Positions 24,425 through 36,395 of a stretch of 64,000 nt of DNA are shown here, piece after piece; position 1 is the stretch's first letter, and every line of letters begins with the position of its first letter. A model generated the notes under the pieces. That model worked only from the letters and a program-made list of their open reading frames with translations, was not told the origin of the DNA and ran no database searches. The stretch is taken from positions 190,590,001-190,654,000 of the forward strand of contig NC_058368.1 of the NCBI RefSeq assembly GCF_018350175.1, written 5' to 3'. This stretch comes from Felis catus. Its lineage: Eukaryota. The position numbers were made by a program, and so were the translations under genes.

Positions 24425-25540
24425 TTCTCCCCTCAGAATTTCTTGCAGGGCTGGTTTAGTGGTCACAGGCTCCTTTAATTTTTGTTAGTCTGGGAAGCTT
24501 TTTATCTCTCCTCATATTTTTTTTTAAATATTTTTTTTTTCAACGTTTAATTATTTTTGGGACAGAGAGAGACAGAGCATGAACGGGGGAGGGGCAGAGA
24601 GAGAGGGAGACACAGAATCGGAAACGGGGTCCAGGCTCTGAGCCATCAGCCCAGAGCCTGACGCGGGGCTCGAACTCACGGACCACGAGATCGTGACCTG
24701 GCTGAAGTCGGACGCTTAACCGACTACGCCACCCAGGCGCCCCGCTCTCCTCATATTTTAAATGACAGCCTTGCTGGATAAAGAATTCTTGGCTGCATAT
24801 TTTTATAATTCAGCACACTGAATATATCCTGCCACTCCTCTCTGGCCTGCCAAGTTGCAACATGTCTGTTGCAAACCTGATCTGTCTTCCTTTGTAGGTT
24901 AGTGACTTTTTTTCCCTTGCTGCTTTCATGATTCTCTCCTTGCCTGAGTGTCTTGTGAATTTGACTATCACAAGCCTTGTTGATGGTCGGTTTTTGTTGA
25001 ATCTAATGGGGGGGGGGTCCTCTGCTTCGTGGATTTTGATGTCTGTGTCTTTCCCCAGGTCAGGAAAGTTTTCCGCTATGATTTGCTCACATAACCCTTC
25101 TACCCCTATTTCTCTCTCTTCCTCTTCTAGGACCCCTATGCTTCTGATGTTGTTCCTTTTTAATGAGTCACTGATTTCTCTAATTCTTAAATTGTGTTAT
25201 TTTGCCTTAATCTCCCTCTTTTTTTTCTGCTTCATTAGTCTCTATAAGTTTGTCCTCTATATTGCTGATTCTCTGTTCTGCCTCATCCAATCCTTGCTGC
25301 CGCTGCATCCATCCATGATTGCAGCTCAGTTATAGCGTTTTTAATTTCATTCTGCCTATTTTTTACTTCTTTTATCTCTGTAGAAAGGGATTCTAATCTA
25401 TTTTCGACTTCAGCTAGTATTCGTATTATCGTGGTTCTAAATTCTGGTTCAGACATCTTGCTTGTATCTGTGTTGGTTAAATCCCTGGCTGTCATTTCTT
25501 CGTGCTCTTTCTTTTGGGGTGAATTCCTTCATTTTGTCAT
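24425..25540 (-). pseudogene. L1 ORF1p, disrupted
   Basis: ATG at 25540 (MTK*RNSPQKKE..MTARDL...EIKNAITELQ coiled coil); C-terminal TTKPALQEILRG; early stop, frameshifts and a SINE insertion. Confidence 0.92.
24521..24744 (-). mobile_element. Young Can-SINE inserted into L1 ORF1
   Basis: Perfect 15-bp TSD ctctcctcatatttt at 24506 and 24745. Confidence 0.97.
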
Positions 25541-25799
25541 TTTGAAGGGAAAAAAGGAATTAATGAGAAAAATTAAATTTTTAATTTTTTAAAATTAGAA
25601 TTCCTTTTTAAGAAAGGAATTAATTAGAAAAATTAAAATTTAAATTTAAAAAAATATTAAAATTAAAAAATTAAACACACACACACACACACAAATTGAA
25701 TAAATGATGCTAGATCCTAGGTGTGTTTTGGTCAGGGTGTTGAAGGTAGTTTGACAGATTAGCAAAACAAAGCAGGGAGGGAAGAAGAAAAAAGGCAAT

Positions 25800-26465
25800 C
25801 TTTTGAGAATTTGAAAAAATGAAAACACTGAAGTAGACTAGAAGGAGATGATGTGAGTAAAATAGAATTTGAAAAATATACATAAAAGTAAAGAATATAG
25901 TAAAAAATTCAAGAAAAATATTTTTAATAAAAATTAAAAATGAATTTTTTCTCTTTCTGTATTCAATAATGAAAATAAGTGAAAAAGAGAAAAAAGAGAA
26001 AAAAAGCAAAAAAAAGGAAATTGTTTGAAAATTTGAGAAAGTGAATACACTGTAGTAGACTAAAATAAAATGATGGAAGTAAAATAGAATTTGAAAAAAT
26101 TTACATAAAAGCAAAAAATAGAGTAAAAATATTAAAAAATATTTTTAATAGAAATTGAAAGTAAAAATGAAGTTTTTCTTTCTGCATTCAAGAAAAATAA
26201 AAAGAATGAAAAAGAGAAAAAAAGAAACAGAAAAGAAAAAAACAAATCATTTGAAAATTTGAAAAGGTGAATACACTGAATTAGAATAAAATGATGGAAG
26301 TAAAATAGAATTGGAAAAAATTTACAGAAAATTAAAAAATAGAGTAATAAAAATTGAAGAAAAATATTTTTAATAAAAATTGAAAATAAAAATGAATTTT
26401 TTCTCTTTCTGTATTCAAGAAAAAGAAAAGAAGTATAAAAGAGAAAAGAAAAAAAAAGAAAGAAA
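25800..26465. repeat. Three ~224-bp AT-rich tandem units in the L1 5' UTR
   Basis: Anchor 'acactg' at 25825, 26047 and 26273; each unit carries 'gtaaaatagaatt', 'aaaaatatttttaata' and 'ctttctgyattcaa'. Confidence 0.9.
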
Positions 26466-28406
26466 ATTGAATAGATGGACCTGCTAACAGATTGAAGTAG
26501 GACTGAAATTACTTAGTTTTCCCCTAGAAGTCAGACTATGTAGCACTTGATAGTCCATAAACTAAGCAGGTGGTGAGACTTGTGTTCTTGAAGAGCAAGG
26601 TTGGCCCAGTTGGGCAGGGCTCAGTGTAACAGCTCTGCTCTCCACTAGATAGTGCTGCTAGCCTACTGGGGTGAAGTGTTGTGGCACTCGTAGGTGTGTA
26701 TACACATATGTGGGAGTGGTGAAAATGGTGCCACGCAGCCACCCAGTCTTTAGTATGAGAACTCTGTTCTCCTGGATCAGCAATCATGCACCCGTCCTCT
26801 GTCTTCAGCTTTCATCCACTCCCCACTTCTTCACTCTCCGTGACCAGGTCCCAGGCAGTTCTTCTCTCCCGAGTTTTGTGTCAGATATGGCTGTTTTCCC
26901 CAGCTCTTACTTCTGAAGGACTGTGGCTTTGACCAATTCCGCCCCTCTGTGGGAGAGTCTCACCGAGCAATGGCCAAATGAACAATGGCTGAATGTCGGC
27001 TGCACCCAGGAACACTTGCTGGAGCCTGCTGCTGCCGGTGCCCTGAGACTGCGGCCAGGTGCCAGCCTGCCCCAGAAAAAGTTTGCGAGATAGTGTAGCA
27101 GCAGCTTTTCAGGTATTATGGAAAATCACAGCACACATCTGGCACCAGGCTTCACCCTTAATGTCCTTGTTCCAACATCAGCGAATGTGGCCACCTTCTG
27201 GGGTCTGCTGGGACTGGGTAGCTTCAACAGTCTCTACCAAATGTGCTTCCAGCAGTGGAACCGCTTTTCCCTGTGTGGTCCGAGAACCTCCTGGACCCCA
27301 CTCTGTTCCTGGGGATTCACCCTTCCCACCAGAGCACCACCAGGTATAGAGCTGCGAAGTTGCAGACTTTGTGCTCCCCTTGTTTACGGTCTTAATGGAA
27401 CTTAAACCCTCTCCTTTCTCCTTTCTCCTTTCTCCCTTTTTAGTTTAGTTCCTGTGGCTGTTTCCAATTTTCCACTTTCTCTCCAGCTGCTTTTGGGGAG
27501 CTTTCACATGTCTTCTCCCCCACCCCAGTCTCCATCCTCTCTCTGCTCAGAAAAGCACCTCCCTTCCCGCGCCTTCTCACTCCCCAAGTTCACCTCTCTG
27601 TGCCGCGTACCTGTGAATTCTGTGGTTCAGGTTGTGCAGGTTGTTGTGTTAATCCTCCAATCAGTTTTCTAGGTGTGTAGGGTGGTTTAGTGTTGGTCTG
27701 GCTGTATTTCATGGATGCGAGACACACAAAAATCTTCCATGCTGTTCTACCATCTTGGCTCCTCCCTGTCAAAACTTTCTAAGAGTATGGTTCCATTCCC
27801 TCTGCCTCATCATGCTATTGATGTCCTATATTTTATTTCTACATGTTTTATGAACCCCTCAATGTATTGTTCTTAGTGTGGTTTTTAATAGTCAATAACT
27901 TTCTTTGGCTTTTTAAAAATGTTCTTTTATATTTGTGCACATAGTTGATGTTTTTGGTGTTCATTTCTTCATGCATATCTGTGCTGCCATCATAGATTAT
28001 TCCTTTTCAGCCTGGTGAAAACCTGGTAACATATTGCACAGTTTTTGTTTGTCTAAAAATGTCTTTATATAGAGTTCGCTTTTGAATTATAAATTTTTTC
28101 TTTTAGTAGTTTAAAAATACCAGTTCTACTGTCATTTGTCTTCCATTTTTTTCTGATGAAGTCAGCTATCATTTTTATTCTTGCTGTCCTGATTATAATT
28201 TGCCTATTTCCTTTGTCGTCATTCAAGAATTTATTTTGTGTCTGCATTTAACAGTTTTTCCTTTATCTTTGGTACTTAACCAGTTTGACTGTGATGACTT
28301 GGATGAAATGATATTTTTTTCTTTACTGCATCCATTCTGCTCTAAATCCATTAAACAAATTCTTAATTTCATATTTTGTATTTTGCCACTTTTAGAATTT
28401 CCACTT

Positions 28407-28598
28407 GGGGGGCCTCTGGGTGGCTCAGTGGTTAAACATTCAGCTTTGGCTCAGGTTTGGTTCGTGAGTTTGAGCCCCACATCTGGCTCTCTGCTGTCAG
28501 CATAGAGCCTGCTTCAAATCCTCTCTCCCCCTCTCACTTTGCCCCTCCCCACTCACACTCTCTCTCCTTCTCTCAAAAAATAAACATTAATAAAAAAA
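28407..28598 (+). mobile_element. Can-SINE
   Basis: TSD agaatttccactt(gg) at 28394 and 28599. Confidence 0.94.
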
Positions 28599-29704
28599 AG
28601 AATTTCCACTTGGTCTTATTTTATATTTTATTTTTCTCTTAAAATTTTCTTTTTATTCATTCTATGATCTTCTCTTAATGTATTTTAATAGTTATTTTAA
28701 GGTCTTTGCTAATTCTAATAACTGAGCCATTTGTGAATCTGCTTCTACTGACAGTTTTTTTCTCTCAATTTGGAGTCCTGTCATACCATTTCTTCATTTT
28801 TTTTTGTAACTTTTTATTGTATATCACGAATTTTGTAATGAAAAAGCTGCAGCCCTAGGCTAGATACTGTCCTCTACAAGAGAGGGTAGGTACTTCCCCC
28901 TGTCATTAAATTAGGGAGAATGGGCAATTTTTATATCCAGTCAAAATTTGAGCTGATTTGTAGCTGGGTTACAGTTTTAGTTAGGTTCACTTCACCTGTG
29001 TTTTCAAATGTCTTTGGAATTAACTTGTTCCATCCTTGGGTATACTACAAGCCACTCCCCCTAGTAGGAGTTGGGGGTCTAAGCACTGTAAAACTACAGA
29101 ATGTTCTCTCTGCTTTCCAATTCAGCTTCCATGCCACTTCCACACATTCAGCAACTGTTCCGTGGAGGAAATTTGGAGGGTAAGACTACACTGCTAATCT
29201 GCTCACCTAGAAAGATCTCACACTCCTCCTTTATTTAATTTCTTTAGGCAACTTTGTGTCTGTAACTCTTCAGTATCTTAAATATGGTGGGGAGGGGTGG
29301 GAATTATTATATTTCTAATATATATGATGAGAACAATTATCCCTTAAAATCTTTTCCATCTTATCTGAAAGCTGGAAGTTACCATCTTTTAAATATCTCT
29401 AAAATCTATAATGATGTTCTTTTTAAATTCTTGAAATTTTTTCTTTGTAATCAGTATTGTTAGATATTTATAAATTTTGTTAGTCTCTTCAGAAAAGCAA
29501 ATTTTTCTTTTTAATTATGTTTTCTCTTTCATTAATTTTTGTGCTTATCTTTAATATTTAATTGGCTGGTTTTTTTTTGTTTGTTTGTTTTTTTTTTTTT
29601 TAGTTTCCTAGGAGACATTTACATAATTTTTCAGGTTTTTTTTCTAAAATGTGTATTTAACTCAAAATTTCTCTGTAAACACTACTATGGCTGTGTTCCA
29701 CAAA

Positions 29705-29907
29705 TTATTATTATTTTTAGGTTTATTTATTTACTTTAAAAGAGAGATCATGCATGAACAGTGGAGGGGCAGAGAGAGAGAATCCCAAGCAGGCTCTGTG
29801 CTGTTAGCACAGAGCCTGATGCGGAGCTTGATCTGAAGAATGGTGAGATCATGACTTGAGCAGAAATCAAGAGTTGGTGCTTAACTGACTGAGCCACCAG
29901 TATGCCC
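29705..29907 (-). mobile_element. Can-SINE
   Basis: Perfect 17-bp TSD tggctgtgttccacaaa at 29688 and 29908. Confidence 0.95.
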
Positions 29908-31104
29908 TGGCTGTGTTCCACAAAGTCTTATATCTATGTTTTCATAATTAGTTGATAATATTTTCTAATTTGCCTTTGTAATTTCTTCTCTGGCTCATAA
30001 ATTATCTAGAAAACAGTTGCTACTTTATAAATATTTGGGGAATTTTTAGTTACCTGTCGGTTACTAATTTCCACTTAATTCACTGTGATCAAAGACATAT
30101 TCTTGCTTTATGGACCATTTTGGACAAAGATACTATGTCTGTTTGAAAGGATCATGTATTCTGCAGTTGTTTAGAAGAATGTTCTATGTATATACATATC
30201 TATTAGGTCAAGTGAGTTTATTGGGTTGTTCAAAAATATCTTATTTTTTATTTTTCTGTTTGTTCTATTAATTACTGAAAGATGTGAGTTGTTTTCAAGC
30301 TATAAATATATATTTTTGTTTCTCCTTTTAGTTTGGTAAGTTTGTGATTTGTATCTTTTGAGCCAATGTTATTAGGTGTGTACATATTTACATTCCAGTT
30401 GAATTTATCTTTTACTATTATAAGATATGCCTCTATTAATACTTCTTTCCTTAAAATCTCCATTTTATATTAGCATACTAATATCAACCTTATTTTGATT
30501 AGTATTTGCAGGATATATAACCTTTTATTTTCACTCATTCTGGTTCTCATATTTTAGGTGTGTCTTTTGGAAGTAATATATGGTAGAGTTTTATTCTTTA
30601 TTTCCCAATTTGACTGTTTATTTTTATTGAATGTTTACGCCATTTATGTTTAATGTAATTGATAATATATTTGAGTTTAAATCTATTATTTTTACTATGT
30701 TTTCTATTTTCCCCACATATTTTTTCTGCTCTTGTTGCCTTCTTTTAAATTGATAAAATTTTTGTATATTCTCTTTTCCTTACATTTTTTTATTAACTAT
30801 AAATTCTTTATTTCACTTTAGGTTTTATCTTAAAGATTACAGTATGAAACTTTTACTTATTCCAACTTCAATTTTACTTTTGCCACTTCTAGGGTAAATC
30901 AAAGCTTAAAAATATTAACTCCATTTACCATTCTCCTATCTTTTGTGTTATTTTTGTCACATATTAAAATTATGCATAAAATACATTCAAGCATATGTGT
31001 ATATGTGTATATATAAAATTTATTTGCACAAGATGTATTGTATTGAATATTCAATATTTACTATTTTTTATTGTATTTATTTTATCTATTTTTTTCAAGA
31101 TTTT

Positions 31105-31293
31105 TTTAAATTTAAATTTTTATTTATTTTTTATTTATTTTTATTTATTTATTTATTTATTTTAATATATGAAATTTATTGTCAAATTGGTTTCCATATA
31201 ACACCCAGTGCTCATCCCAAGAGATGCCCTCTTCAATACCCATCACCTACCCTCTCCTCCCTCCCACCCTGCATCAACCCTCAGTTCTCAGTT
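31105..31293 (-). mobile_element. Severely 5'-truncated young felid L1 3' end
   Basis: (TTTA)n tail followed by 'atgaaatttattgtcaaattggtttccatataacacccagtgctcatccca'. Confidence 0.85.
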
Positions 31294-31948
31294 TTTACCC
31301 TTTCTGGTGCTCTTAATTTATTCTCCATTAGTGTTCTTTTTCTACCAGGGATCATCTTCCCTCTGACTGAAGAACTTCTTTTAGTATTTCTCTAATATCG
31401 TTGCGCTAGTGACAAATTATTTGATTTTTAGTGGGGATTATCTAGAAACATTTTTGTTTTCTCTTAAATACTGGTTTTCTTGGTAGCCTTGAACTAATTT
31501 ACTTTGGTCTTCCCAACCCAGTGAGACAGAACCTCTTAATTCCTATTTTCTGATCTGCCCCTATTATTTTCTCTAAATTGGAGGGGGAAAAATACCCCAC
31601 AAATAGAAGATTTTCTCGATATATATTTTTTTCTTTGATATCTTGATGTATTGAAGTCTGTCTGCTTTAATTGCTCTCTGATAAAATATAAACAGTTGGT
31701 TTTTTTCCCCTATTTATTTTCTCTAGCTTTTATAGTTGTTTTATACAAGAAGGTGAGTCTGAATCAAGCTTCTTTGACATAGTTAGAAGTAGCACCCACA
31801 AATTCTTGTTTATTTTTAATAAAACACAGATTAAAAAAAGTCTGTTCTCATGCAAATGATGACCTTTTAGATATTTTCCCACAGGTCCTATAAAGCCCAT
31901 TGAGCCTCTTTTTTTTTTTTTTTTATAGATTAAACCAATTAAAAAAAA

Positions 31949-32382
31949 TTTTTTAATGTTTATTCATTTTTTTTTTAATTTTTTTCAACGTTTTTATTTA
32001 TTTTTGGGACAGAGAGAGACAGAGCATGAACGGGGGAGGGGCAGAGAGAGAGGGAGACACAGAATTGGAAACAGGCTCCAGGCTCTGAGCCATCAGCCCA
32101 GAGCCTGACGCGGGACTCGAACTCACAGACCGCGAGATCGTGACCTGGCTGAAGTCGGACGCTTAACCAACTGCGCCACCCAGGCGCCCCTGTTTATTCA
32201 TTTTTGAGAGAGCATGAGCAGGGGAGGGGTAGGAAGAGAGGGAGACACAGAATCATAAGCAGCCTCCAGGCTCTGAGCTGTCAGCACAGAGCACAATGCG
32301 GGCTAGAACTTACAGACCATGAGGTTATGTCATGACCTGAGTTGAAGTTGGACACTTAACAGACTGAGCCACCCAGGGCCCC
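31949..32382 (-). mobile_element. Can-SINE hosting a nested younger SINE
   Basis: Body at 32191-32382, tail remnant at ~31949-31971; flanking repeat cctctt...ttatagatt at 31905 and 32381. Confidence 0.9.
31972..32190 (-). mobile_element. Young Can-SINE nested in the tail of another SINE
   Basis: TSD tgtttattcattttt at 31957 and 32191. Confidence 0.96.
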
Positions 32383-32484
32383 TCTTGTTTTTTTATAGAT
32401 TGAATGGCTAAGATTCTTTAGCTCATGTGACATAATCTTCTGACCCCTCACCATTCTGGTTCTCCATTTTTAAGTGGAGGGCAT

Positions 32485-32692
32485 AAAGATTAGGACTCCT
32501 GGTTTTAGAGTAAAAAAAATATTACTTTTAAATCCTAGGTCTGTCTCATTAACTGCTTGACCATGAACAAGTTAATTTAAGCCTTTGATATTTCCTTTGT
32601 AAGGTAGAGAATGTTACCCAGCTTGCAGAGTCCTTGTGAATTGAAAGAACACCCGGATTATACTAGTCATTCAATAAAAGGTAGCTGCTACA
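32485..32692 (+). mobile_element. MIR
   Basis: 'aaatcctaggtctg...tgaccatgaacaagttaatttaagcct...tcaataaaaggtagctgcta'. Confidence 0.65.
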
Positions 32693-34899
32693 GCTGCTTT
32701 CATATTTGTATACTTGCTGTCTTCTGGAGAAAGCATTTTTGTGGGATAAATTGTTCATTTACAAATTTGCCGAAATCTTTGGTGCATGTTTTTTACATGT
32801 GCCCGGTTTAGTTACCCAATTCCATAAAACTATAGGATCATACTCAAAGAAAGTATAAATCTGAAGACATGTCGTGTCTACTCCTTAGTAACTCCTTTAT
32901 CTTGGCCTACTGACATAAGTGGGAGCAAAGATGTTTCTGAAATAATGTAACTGCAGGATACCATTTAAACAGTAAAGTGTTCTCCCCTCCTTTCCAGAAT
33001 GATCCTTTATCAGGATTTCACTTGGCTTGCCTCTATTTTACAACAGAAAATTAATAAATGCTTTGGATGCAATCTTAAGCCAAGGTCAGCAGCAGCTGCA
33101 GTGCACTTGTTTGAAATGCCTATTTTCTTCCACTCATTTCTGACCCTTCTGAATTCTGTTATCAGTGCCTGCACATTTTTGGTAACTGATTGTCATTACA
33201 TTGTAAAGATGCTGCCTGGGTGATTGCTCCTCATCCAGAGATGTCAGCCAGCTGAAACATACCAAGAGAAAACAAAGGACATTCCTGAGTTGGGGGAAAA
33301 TGGAGCAGGAGAAATTTACATGTGTTTGACATTTATATTCTTTTGAGTAGCTTTTTCTCTGAAAATTCCCTGAACTTATTACCTCAAGCAGAAGAATGGA
33401 ATCTAACTGCAAAAAAGAAAAAGAAATCCCACTTTGAAGATGGAGAGCAGGAGAAAGAATTAGAGGTCCTCATTCTTTTGAGGCCTTTTCTGGTTATGGA
33501 AAAGGACAGAATTATAAAATTAACAAGGTCACAACAGTGTTGGTCTTTGATGTGTTAGGGAATAATTCTATAAAGCCACAATACATTTATATGCTTATTT
33601 TACCAGTGCTTCTTAATAGTCTTTTTTTATGTGTCCTTTGCACCATAGTGCGAGCACAGGTGTGTTTTGAATTATTGATCATATGTAAAGAGGATGTCTT
33701 GAAGGAATGTTACTTTGCATATGGGGGTCTCTGTGTTGCAACAATAGAGGTCTATTTGTATGGTGAACTTTTGATCTCAAATGGTAGAATTTCACATTGA
33801 GACTGTCTGAGAAGTCCAAGTTACTAAACCCCAGAGGCAGCACTACTACCCTGAAACCTCAAACTTTATTTTACTTTCTAACAAACAGTGCTCATCAGTT
33901 GGTGCATGCTCTGAAGAGTAAGATGAACAGAAACTAATTTTCTAATAAAGAATTGGCAAAAAAAGATGATCCTTTTAGATTAATACATTGCACACAACTT
34001 TGAGTACTAGAGTTTACCTCTATATATGGGAAATCACTGATACCTTCTTCCATTGTCTAAGATCCTCAATATCTAAGAACTCAATACTTGGATTCATGCT
34101 ATCTATATAGTTAAAAGCATTTAGCTTCTAAGTGTTTAAGCAGTGAAAACCTTTTTGCACATAAGGTTTCTCTGGGTGACCAGCACACAGAAGATAATTT
34201 TAAAATAAGATTCTGGTTGATGAAAGATATAGCCTGAAATCTGTCCCTTGTCATCTCCTTCCCCCTGATGAAGTCCCTGCTGCATTTCACCAGTACCCCA
34301 GGTGCTCCAGGAAACAGTTTGCAAGACACTAAAGAGGCCAATGAAACATTTGCATTATCAGAAGAGGATCGCATTGGCTAGACGTGACCTCTAGAGGTCA
34401 ATTTAAGTAACACAGTTATTCGGAGATAGGTGCTCTTCCTGTAGTCTTTCTTTTCAAGAAATTTATTTTTCTCCAGAAAGATTTGATGATTTTTGAATTT
34501 TTTTATTTCTATTATCATAGAGCCCCAGAACATTTTAAGAGTGTGAAAGAGTTTAATAGGGATCATGTGAATAGTTTTCTACTTTTTCATCTCCCCAAAT
34601 AGTTTAGTGTTATTTCTCTCTTATTCTATCCACTCTGATGCAGGCATCACTAAAGGGTATATTTGGCCTCTTGTGAATTTCTTTGAATTTTAGTCTGGGT
34701 TCCATGCAATACAAGAGATATAGCTGACTGGTATAAAATATGTGTTTACAAAGTGAAGTGAAAAACTTTGTCTCTGTTAATGAAATGTATGGCATATTGG
34801 TACAGGACTGCAAAGAAGAGGAGGATGCCCCATGAACCACAAAATTATGCATGTGTCTGGAATTTGAGAATGATCATTAGACCTGGGTCTAATGAATCC

Positions 34900-35310
34900 T
34901 AGTTAGGAGTGTTTTAGTTTGAAATGACTCAGACACTGTCATACACAAAAGGAATTTTTTGGTTGACATAACTGAAAAGTCTGGGAGTAGGGCGATCTTC
35001 AAGGTTCACATAATGTCCTCCAGTTTCTGTCATTCTTTCTTTCTGTGTGATTTTTCTCTGAGTTAGCCTCAATTTTTCCTTCTTCACATTGGATTTCTCC
35101 AGACATCAGATACAGGGCGAGTTGTGGGGAAGAAGCACTGCTTGCAACAGTTTCATGCTTTTAAACCAACAACCCTACTTAGCAACTGCAGAAGTAAGAA
35201 GATAGTTTCTTTTACTAACACCAGATTACACCATCCCAGGGAAGGGTTTTCTTGGCTGGTTTGAGTCACATCCCCATATGTGGGCCTCTCAGTGGTCAGG
35301 AAGTATGAAG
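34900..35310 (-). mobile_element. Old MaLR LTR relic (MLT1J/K-like)
   Basis: 'aaaaggaattttttggttgacataactgaaaagtctgggagtagg'. Confidence 0.5.
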
Positions 35311-36029
35311 GTATTATTTTTAGTCTTGTATCCCTGTCAGAATATTCTTAGCATTTACCCCAATTCTCTGGAGATTTTCATTGACTGAGTATATTCTGGC
35401 TGAATGGTGCTTTACTATTTTACTTCTCTGAAATAATACCTGCACTTTTATGGATCCCACCAGAGCTTTCATCCAAAGATTTTGGCAAAAAAAGACCTAG
35501 AGTCTACTTGGGATGGCTCTACTAGGAAGAAGAGGAAGCAAAACTCGAAGCAAAACCAAACAAGAAGTCTGAATAGGATGAAACAGCAATATAGTCTTCT
35601 CAACTCAGTAACCCAGAAATGTCAAATACTTAGCATGTGGACACTTGCCTTACTGTGCTCATGGCAGATATTATTAATCAATCATTACTGCTATTTCTGG
35701 TAAGCCCAGACCTGGCCTCAGAATCCTTTCAGAAGAACCCTCTAAGAACTCAATACTGATATGCAAAATAAGCTTGTTTACCATCCCTGACACAATCCCG
35801 AATTCTCCATACTTTATCATTCTGTCTTATTCTCCAACATTAAGAACTTTAGGGGCATATTGAAAGTTCTAAAAACAGGTGAATATAAATTTCCTAGTAG
35901 GGACTATGTGTTGGAATCAGAAGATAGTGCTCCAGCTGTTTCGTCTCATTTGAAAGAATGAGGCAATTGGTTATTGGAAGAGACTTAGGATGATGAAACA
36001 ATAAAGAAGCTTTGGATGTTTTATTTCTG

Positions 36030-36345
36030 TTCACTTTCATCTAAAATCTATCCTTAAAATACTGTTACTGGATGCCTGGCAAATTTTCCTTGATATGAAG
36101 AAAGAAGCCATCTACCTCCTACACAGCTTACTATCCACATTAACATGATCCTACTATTATACTGTCTTCATCAATATAACTTTACTCTTTCAGAAAAAGC
36201 TCGCCCAAGAAGATACATATAATGAATGATTTTATGTTGCATTCTGACGACCCATCAACTCTCCAATAGAAAAAAAATCTTTTGGGTTTTTTTTTTTTAG
36301 CATTTATTTATTTTGAGAGAGACAGAGACAATACAAGTGGGGAAG

Positions 36346-36395
<50 letters not shown>

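Larger units (their letters stand above)
20262..27766 (-). mobile_element. Full-length felid/carnivore LINE-1, inactive
   Basis: The 5' end reads gggaggagccaagatgg on the minus strand; 5' UTR, ORF1, ORF2, 3' UTR and A-rich tail are present; 12-bp TSD TGTCAAAACTTT at 20250-20261 and 27767-27778. Confidence 0.97.
14276..29382 (-). mobile_element. Old L1M element (inner), fragmented by later insertions
   Basis: L1 3' UTR begins at ~14276; ORF2-like antisense sequence at 16945-19800; ORF1 C-terminal relic in ORF 28065-28247 (IKMIADF...GIFKLLKEK). Confidence 0.7.
29383..31780 (-). mobile_element. Ancient L1M relic, outer element, right segment (ORF2 endonuclease and upstream)
   Basis: ORF 30272-30463 (NMYTPNNIGSK...KLTKLKGE) resembles the L1 endonuclease; continues the sequence broken at ~14275. 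Confidence 0.7.

Noticed and set aside
21270..25335. Several 100-135-aa hydrophobic plus-strand ORFs
   Set aside because: Antisense frames of L1 ORF1/ORF2
25800..26465. Regular repeats as a possible CRISPR-like or satellite array
   Set aside because: Units are contiguous ~224-bp degenerate copies without unique spacers, inside an L1 5' UTR
30943..31395. 150-aa F/Y/I-rich ORF
   Set aside because: Low-complexity AT-rich DNA plus an L1 tail
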